Below, piece by piece: positions 58,258-64,000 of a stretch of 64,000 nt of DNA. The stretch covers positions 1,607,158 through 1,671,157 of the forward strand of contig OX638345.1 in NCBI GenBank assembly GCA_951813535.1, written 5' to 3'. The notes beneath the pieces were generated by a model, which was not told the DNA's origin, ran no database searches, and saw only the letters and a program-made list of their open reading frames with translations. The translations under genes and the position numbers were made by a program. Numbering within the stretch: position 1 is the stretch's first letter; each line of letters begins with the position of its first letter. Source of the DNA: an uncultured Dehalococcoidia bacterium. Lineage in GTDB: Bacteria > Chloroflexota > Dehalococcoidia > Lucifugimonadales > UBA3495.

Positions 58258-58497
58258 GGTCTCTCTACTAACTGGGTTTTTCAGGCCGCTGCCGGTGCGT
58301 TGAGGGGCGCGTCCGTAGGATGGTCCTCAGCATCGGGGAGAGGCGCCAACTGATAGCCCAGTTGGACGGCTCGGCGTTTAGCTGAGCGTAGCGCACGCTG
58401 CTGGTACTGACACTCGTAGTATTCAGCGCCGGCAGCCACGTACTCCTGCCCGAAGCGCAGCATGGAATAGATGAGTCTGGCCAGTTTATGGACAGCA
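58258..58497 (-). repeat. Inverted extra copy of the IS110-like 3' end (about 240 bp)
   Basis: The reverse complement encodes HKLARLIYSMLRFGQEYVAAGAEYYECQYQQRALRSAKRRAVQLGYQLAPLPDAEDHPTDAPLNAPAAA* plus ~25 nt of tail. It is nearly identical to 59246-59486. Confidence 0.85.
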
Positions 58498-58612
58498 CGT
58501 CATCAGCAACCTCACGGGCAAGACGGGGATGGCAATTATAGAGGCCATCGCAAGCGGCGAGCGGGACCCGCGCCATCTGGCCAAACTCCGCGACGGTCGG
58601 ATCAGGGCCGAC

Positions 58613-58697
58613 GAGGAGACCATTGCTGGGAGGAGACCATTGCTGGGAGGAGACCATTGCTGGGAGGAGACCATTGCTGGGAGGAGACCATTGCCAG
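58613..58697 (+). repeat. 17-bp tandem repeat x5 (4 perfect copies plus 1 variant)
   Basis: GAGGAGACCATTGCTGG x4, then GAGGAGACCATTGCCAG. A single copy would read DEETIARSL. The 68 extra nt shift the frame. Confidence 0.9.
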
Positions 58698-58970
58698 GTC
58701 GCTGCGGGGGCACTGGCGCGACGAGCACAGCTTCGAGCTGACCCAGGCCCTGGAACGGTACCGGTTCTACCACGACAAGATTGGCGAGTGTGATCGGGAG
58801 ATCGAAGCCCAGATGGAGCGGTTCGAGGACCGTAGCGGCGGCGGGTCTCCAGCCAACAACGGCCGGTGGCATAGTCAGGGCAACGCGCCACGCTGCGACG
58901 TCAGGACACACCGGTACCGGATGACCGGAGTGGACCTGACCCGCATCGACGGCGTTGACGGCTTCACCGC

Positions 58971-59008
58971 CCTGAAGGTGATCAGCGAGCCTGAAGGTGA
59001 TCAGCGAG
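58971..59008 (+). repeat. 19-bp tandem duplication
   Basis: CCTGAAGGTGATCAGCGAG x2. It shifts the frame inside ALKVISEIGADL. Confidence 0.9.
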
Positions 59009-59488
59009 ATTGGCGCCGACCTGACCAAATGGCCCAGCGCCAAGCACTTCGCCTCCTGGCTGGCCCCCAGCCCCGACCACCGCATCACCGGCGGCCGGGT
59101 CATGAGCCCAAGCCCAATGCCAATGCCAACCGTGCCGCAGCGGCCTTGCGTCTGGCTGCCAACGCGCCCCACCGCTCCGACAGCGCCCGGGGCGCTTTCC
59201 TGCGGAGGAAGAAGGCCCAACTGGGAGCGCCCAGGGCCATCACGGCTACGGCCCACAAACTGGCCAGACTCATCTATTCCATGCTGCGCTTCGGGCAGGA
59301 GTACGTGGCTGCCAGCGCTGAATACTACGAGTGTCAGTACCAGCAGCGTGCGCTACGCGCAGCTAAACGCCGAGCCGCCCAACTGGGCTATCAGCTGGCG
59401 CCTCTCCCCGATGCTGAGGACCATCCTACGGACGCGCCCCTCAACGCACCGGCAGCGGCCTGAAAAACCCAGTTAGTGGAGAGTCCAA

Positions 59489-60841
59489 CTAAGGGGCTCC
59501 GCGGTATTGGTCGCGCAGCCACCGCCTAAAGGCAGGCACTCCCAAACTGTCGCGCGTTTCAGTGAGTTGCCGCAGCCCGATCGCGTAATTGCATGAGTAG
59601 TCAGGTTGATCCGGGCTCATCTGAAGCGCTTCCAATTCACTGGTGGTGGGGGATGCCGAAAGCTCGCACGCCCATTGTGGACGATAGGGATCTTCATCGG
59701 TCGCGGTGGCGGCAAGAGCGATGAGCTCAGAAGCCCCTTCGTCGAGCCAGTCGGTGTGGCCGGTCCAATAAAAATGAGCGGCTTCGTGAGCGATGATGTA
59801 ATTGGATTGTGACGCCATCGGGTCGCCATCACCCACGTCCAATATCGTGCTCGCGGTCAGGCTGTAATGGTTGTTGATGGCCATGACCGGGGAGCCTGCA
59901 GGCCAGTCCGCAAACAGCAGGGTCACATGTCCGATAGGGAAGGGCTCCTGCATGAACTTTTCGGCTGCGTTGAGGGCATTAATGAGACGTTCGATGCTGC
60001 GTTCCGACCCTGGGCCAGTGCGCACCACCGCAACTGTGACCGGTCCAGCCAGGGGGAGCGAGATCGTCCGTAGCTGAATGGTCACGGCGTCGGCGTCCAG
60101 GAGCTTGTCGATCAAGCTGGTGGGAACCGAGTAACGTCCCCGTGTGGGAAATCGCGGGCCGGGCAGGGCAGCGATGACAGGTGTCCACTGGTCAGTGATT
60201 GGAGCCCTCATGGTCTCGTGGTCCATGATCGCGACGTACGCTGCCGGGTCGTTAAGGTGGACTGACAGCAGAGCCTGAAGAGCGGCATCGTCTGCGGGTT
60301 CCACCGTGCGCAGAAACGGCATGGCCAGCCACTCGTGCACTGTAAGCGACAGGTCGGGTCCAGTGGTCAGAGCAACCAAAGAGGCGACCACCCGTTCCTC
60401 CTGCGGGTCTATACCATCCCTGGCCCAGGCGGTGGCCCGAAGCGCTGTTACCGCTTCGGGAGGGGCATCTTTGTTCTGTGCGACCCAATGCGCCAGAGGG
60501 ACAGGTGTCGGAGTAGGGGCCGGAGTGGGCAAAGCGAGCGGATCTGTTTCCAAGCTCAGAGTGCCCGGGTCAGATTGAGATCCGGGCGCTGTTGCTATGC
60601 GCTCTGTTGGTTCCCGGTCAGCGATCCGGGCCGCAGATGTAGGAGTATCCACGGACAACAGGGGGAATGTCTCCGGACTCTTGGGTAGTGTGGTCGACGC
60701 TGGGTGGGTTGGGGTCGGCACAGATTCCGCCGAAGCTGATTCGGTTACGGGAAACTGGCACCCCATACCGAAACCAGCCAGAGCGATGATCGCCGCTATA
60801 ACCGCGACAATGTTTGGGAACGACCTGTTTCGGCTTTTCAT
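59489..60841 (-). CDS. Secreted or membrane-anchored gluzincin (M1-like) metallopeptidase
   Basis: N-terminal hydrophobic segment FPNIVAVIAAIIALAGFGMGC, a Pro/Thr-rich linker, and HEAAHFYWTGHTDWLDEGASE (HExxH plus downstream WLxEG Glu). Confidence 0.7.
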   Translation of the reverse strand: MKSRNRSFPNIVAVIAAIIALAGFGMGCQFPVTESASAESVPTPTHPASTTLPKSPETFPLLSVDTPTSAARIADREPTERIATAPGSQSDPGTLSLETDPLALPTPAPTPTPVPLAHWVAQNKDAPPEAVTALRATAWARDGIDPQEERVVASLVALTTGPDLSLTVHEWLAMPFLRTVEPADDAALQALLSVHLNDPAAYVAIMDHETMRAPITDQWTPVIAALPGPRFPTRGRYSVPTSLIDKLLDADAVTIQLRTISLPLAGPVTVAVVRTGPGSERSIERLINALNAAEKFMQEPFPIGHVTLLFADWPAGSPVMAINNHYSLTASTILDVGDGDPMASQSNYIIAHEAAHFYWTGHTDWLDEGASELIALAATATDEDPYRPQWACELSASPTTSELEALQMSPDQPDYSCNYAIGLRQLTETRDSLGVPAFRRWLRDQYRGAP

Positions 60842-61579
60842 TGCCTCATTGCTACTCGGTCAACCTTCGATAGCCAAGGCTAACAAAGACGCAGTCTGGT
60901 TCGAGCGCGACACGGATGCATCAACGCGCTGATTCTATTTTCTGCCTTGCTACGCCAATTCGCTGATTCCGGCTGGTGGTGAAACGCGAACCATTCCATC
61001 GTGCAACGAGACGCGGGAGCAGGAAAGGCATGGTGCAGGGACCCCCTTGCTTTGAAGGGTCTGTTTGTCCAGGACCGGACGTTTCGCCGTTGCGTGGGAA
61101 CAGGACCAGTCCACCTGCCAGAGCATCGGTCAGGCGAAGCCATGCGCCCTGCACGGCTGCATGATGGACACGTAGCGCCTCGCCACGAGCGGGCTTCGGT
61201 CACATATTCCAAGTTGCGTTACCTATTGGTTTGGAGACGAACGCGCAGCACGCCGTTCGACCCTTCCGTTGTCTACCGCCTCATGTCACGGAAGCATGTA
61301 CCTGGTTATGTATCAAGGGCGGTTGCCGCCCGGTAGGCGCGCCAAACTCCGTCGGGTTTGCGCCGAAAACCGCCCGTGTTGATCACCGGCGCCGAGGGGT
61401 GACCAATGCCGGTTAGCTGTAGCAGATCGGCCCGGCCTTCCGCCGACGCCTGTGCTACAAATTTCCCCCATTCATGGACGCCAAACCTTCCCCACCCCTG
61501 TTACGTCGTCAGCTCTTGGGCATGGCCTCGGCTTTGCGGGACATGCAAGTGTGACCTGGCGCTTTTGCAACCGATGACG

Positions 61580-64000
61580 TCAGTTTTGCCGTCTGTCCCG
61601 GCGAAGTAGCCGGCGGACCACAAAGATTGCCAGGATCAGCGCAAGTAAGATGCCCAGTATAATCCACCATAGCCAGTCTGGCACATTCGATAACAATTCG
61701 ATCGACGGTACATTCCGGGTCGCAGCCTGGGGAGTAGGTGTTGGGGTCACTGGCTGCGTCGCTGTGGGTTGCGGGCTGGTGGACTGTACGGGCGGTTGGG
61801 GCGTCGGAGTATTGGCCAAAAACGCCCCGGGGTTCTGGTGAGGAAGTGTGGGAGTCGGCGCGCTGGTTGCGGTCGCTGTCGCATGGCCGACGGCCGGAGT
61901 GGGAGTAGGGGTTGGGGTTGGGGTCAAAATCGGACTACGAGCCGTCAGTGTGGGTGACGCCGTCTCGGAATCGTCAGCGCGTTCAAGGATCAGTTCCGTT
62001 GCAGGTGTTGGTGCAGCGGTCGGCTCGTAAGGCGGGGACGCCGTTGGCACGAGCCTTGGCAGTGGCGCAGTATCGGGTGTCGGGGTTTTTGTGGGGACAC
62101 CGTCCGATCTTGAAATTGGCTCCGACCCAGTGTTGGGAATTGGGATCGGAGTAAGAGTTGCTGTCGGTGTGGGCGTGGGAGTGGGCGTTGCCGTTGCCGT
62201 TGGTATGGGAGTGGGCGTTGGTTCAACGGTCGGAGTGGGGGTGGTTGCTGGCGCGGGAATCGGCGCTGGGGCCAGGGCGCTCGCGCCAGTGGTCATGGTG
62301 ATCGCGCCGGACCATGGCGAAACGCCCTCGTCGTTCACGGCTTGAAGTGACACGTCGATCGAGGTTTGGGGCTCGAGATCGGAAATTGTGTACGTCGTGG
62401 CAATCGCGAGGAGCCTGGCGGATATGTAGGGCGGATTGCCATCGTCGCTGTGCCGGATGTTGTACGAGGTAATCGGGGGGCGCCCCTTATTGTCCGGAGC
62501 CAACCAACGGATTTTCACCCAGGTTTCGCCCGTCCCGTCCGCGATGGGAGTGGGCGCTGTCGGCGGTTCCGCCACATCCGTCACGTTGACGGTAACTTCT
62601 GTGGCATCGGCGCCGCCCTGGTTGTCGCGCACCTGCACCTGGAAGACGTAGGTCGATTTCTGTTCTTGGTCGTAATCGGAGCCGGCCAAGGTCTTGATCT
62701 GCGCGTTCGGGAGGCTGCCCGTGCCCGCGGTGATGGTGAACGGAACATCGGCCGTGGTGATCTCCCAGACGATGTTGCCGCCGTCATCAATATCCGGATC
62801 GGTAACGGTGAGCGGATCTCCGAGGTCAGTCTGAGTGTGGGTGTTCTCAGGGATACTGCGGGAAATCGTATCGCCCTGCTCTATGCTCGGCGGTTGATTG
62901 TCTTTCGTGGAGGTCACAACAGCGTCGGACCACAGGCCGGTTCCCTCATCATTGGTTGCGTTGACCTGGAACGTGTATTCAGTGTCCATGTCAAGGCCGG
63001 TGATCTCCACCAACGTTGACGCGTAGTTCGAAACAGTTGTCCAGCCGGAACCGCCGTCGTAGCGGTAGGTATAGCCGGTGATGGCCGGACCTTGATTGGC
63101 AGGCTCGCTCCAGGAAAAATCGAGCGATGACAATGTCTGTTTGGTGGTCACCGGTCGACTGGGTTTCCCCGGCGGCTCGGTTTCGTCCGTTACCGAAATG
63201 GTGAAATCGGCGGTGTGTTCGCGGACCCTCGGTCCGTCGCCGCTGGTGACGGTTATCGTCAGGTTGTAATTGTTGTCGGTGTCATGGTCGTTGGGACGCT
63301 CAAAGTCCGGCGATTGCCGGAATGATAGCTGGCCTGCGTTTGTGATGGCGAAATCACCTGAATCTGTTCCGCTGATGCTGAAGCCTTTGATTGCATCCTC
63401 AGAGTCGTCGTCTTCCGCGGCGATGGTGATGGCGCTGACGGTGTTTTCGGCGACGGAATGGGACGTTTGACTGGTGAATGCCGGCGGCTGGTTAGCCACG
63501 ACGGTGTCCGTGGGTTGCGATTCCAACTGTGCACGGTCGGAGTCGTGGCCGTCGGTGTAGGAAGCGATAACCCTGACTCTCTGGCCGACATCGCTGGATT
63601 GCAGCACGTATGAGGCCATCGTGGCGTTGGATATGTCGACCCATGCGTTTGCTGACGATCGCTGCCACTGATAGCGCCAGGAATCGGCGTCGATCCCGTC
63701 GTCGTCGGTCACGGCCTCCACGATTGAGGTCAAAGTGCTGCCCTCTGTCGCGTCGCCGGCGATGGTAGGGACGCCCTGGGGCGGATCCTCCGCGTCGGTG
63801 ACCGCGATGCTGACCTCTTGGGCGACATCACCTTCGGCATCACCTGAACCGGAGGTGGCGGTGATGGTGAGAAGGTAAACGTTGTTGGTGTCGGCGTCGC
63901 CGGCCTGTTCGTAGTTGGGTGAGTTTTTGAATGACAGGGCGACATCCTGGTTTTCGTTGGTGGCGTCAAGGGTAAAGAGGGCAGAATCGTCGCCGGCAAT
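61580..64000 (-). CDS. Cell-surface protein with cadherin-like and FN3 modules, Pro/Thr linker and C-terminal TM anchor; 5' end off the window
   Basis: The frame is open to nt 64000; the TTG at 63733 is not the real start. Cadherin-like repeats end in VTD..EPP. FN3-like: PGKPSRPVTTKQTLSSLDFSWSEP. A long PTPTPTP tract is followed by WLWWIILGILLALILAIFVVRRLLRR. Confidence 0.8.
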   Translation of the reverse strand: MAGDDSALFTLDATNENQDVALSFKNSPNYEQAGDADTNNVYLLTITATSGSGDAEGDVAQEVSIAVTDAEDPPQGVPTIAGDATEGSTLTSIVEAVTDDDGIDADSWRYQWQRSSANAWVDISNATMASYVLQSSDVGQRVRVIASYTDGHDSDRAQLESQPTDTVVANQPPAFTSQTSHSVAENTVSAITIAAEDDDSEDAIKGFSISGTDSGDFAITNAGQLSFRQSPDFERPNDHDTDNNYNLTITVTSGDGPRVREHTADFTISVTDETEPPGKPSRPVTTKQTLSSLDFSWSEPANQGPAITGYTYRYDGGSGWTTVSNYASTLVEITGLDMDTEYTFQVNATNDEGTGLWSDAVVTSTKDNQPPSIEQGDTISRSIPENTHTQTDLGDPLTVTDPDIDDGGNIVWEITTADVPFTITAGTGSLPNAQIKTLAGSDYDQEQKSTYVFQVQVRDNQGGADATEVTVNVTDVAEPPTAPTPIADGTGETWVKIRWLAPDNKGRPPITSYNIRHSDDGNPPYISARLLAIATTYTISDLEPQTSIDVSLQAVNDEGVSPWSGAITMTTGASALAPAPIPAPATTPTPTVEPTPTPIPTATATPTPTPTPTATLTPIPIPNTGSEPISRSDGVPTKTPTPDTAPLPRLVPTASPPYEPTAAPTPATELILERADDSETASPTLTARSPILTPTPTPTPTPAVGHATATATSAPTPTLPHQNPGAFLANTPTPQPPVQSTSPQPTATQPVTPTPTPQAATRNVPSIELLSNVPDWLWWIILGILLALILAIFVVRRLLRRDRRQN

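Larger units (their letters stand above)
58498..59486 (+). pseudogene. IS110-family transposase lacking the N-terminal DEDD domain, multiply frameshifted
   Basis: MAIIEAIASGERDPRHLAKLRDGRIRADEETIA / RSLRGHWRDEHSFELTQALERYRFY / TALKVISEIGADLTKWPSAKHFASWL / RAAAALRLAANA...ATAHKLARLIYSML lie in different frames. Two internal tandem duplications disrupt it. Confidence 0.75.

Noticed and set aside
58613-58697. Possible CRISPR-like array from the regularly spaced repeats
   Set aside because: The units are directly abutting 17-mers with no spacers. They lie inside a transposase reading frame, so this is a tandem duplication and not a CRISPR array.
61850-62260. Apparent DNA tandem repeat (GGGGTTGGGGTTGGGG-like)
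   Set aside because: It is the antisense of a Pro/Thr-rich linker (PTPTPTP) within the surface-protein ORF. This is coding low complexity and not an independent repeat element.

Overview
GC-rich bacterial chromosomal segment. The paralog-rich catabolic gene set suggests Chloroflexota or a similar lineage, but that is a guess. All calls come from reading motifs in the supplied translations and DNA; no database search was run. The window is a mosaic of five parts. (1) nt 1-9660 is a nucleic-acid-enzyme island that looks like a defence island. It holds an SNF2 helicase plus SWIM zinc-finger pair, an AT-rich insert with a PIN-like protein, an RHH/RelE toxin-antitoxin pair abutting an 890-aa DEAH helicase fused to a PD-(D/E)xK-like nuclease, and a frameshifted NYN-domain gene. 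(2) nt 10094-16491 is an intact assimilatory nitrate operon (nasA-nirB-nirD-narK, minus strand). Its divergent mobA is frameshifted and cut off by a Tn3-like relic followed by an IS110-family element. (3) nt 17-37 kb and 46-59 kb are heavily IS-ridden accessory DNA. They carry two IS21 copies, an intact IS1380 with a 5-bp target duplication plus IS1380 relics, an IS5/IS427-type element with a -1 frameshift site, IS66 relics, an IS701-like gene split by IS21, and a rearranged IS110-like relic. Many pseudogenes lie between these elements. (4) Metabolic and transport genes include a Rieske oxygenase alpha subunit, DUF1330, an NCS2-like permease, an orphan ABC substrate-binding protein, three tandem carboxymuconolactone-decarboxylase-family paralogs, a D-aminoacylase-family enzyme with an inserted Rieske domain, and a tandem-duplicated family III CoA-transferase. 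(5) Envelope genes include a 1733-aa fusion protein (several glycosyltransferase modules, a kinase-like module and a methyltransferase module) preceded by a nonsense-mutated epimerase, a decayed Ig/Calx-like adhesin, an M1-like metallopeptidase, and a cadherin/FN3 surface protein that runs off the right edge. The most unusual items are the toxin-antitoxin-helicase-nuclease unit, the giant GT-kinase-MT fusion, the Rieske-in-amidohydrolase architecture, the non-coding arms of the IS110 element (possible bridge RNA), and a 27-nt hairpin module inserted twice in one IS66 transposase gene. No rRNA, tRNA or CRISPR array was recognised.
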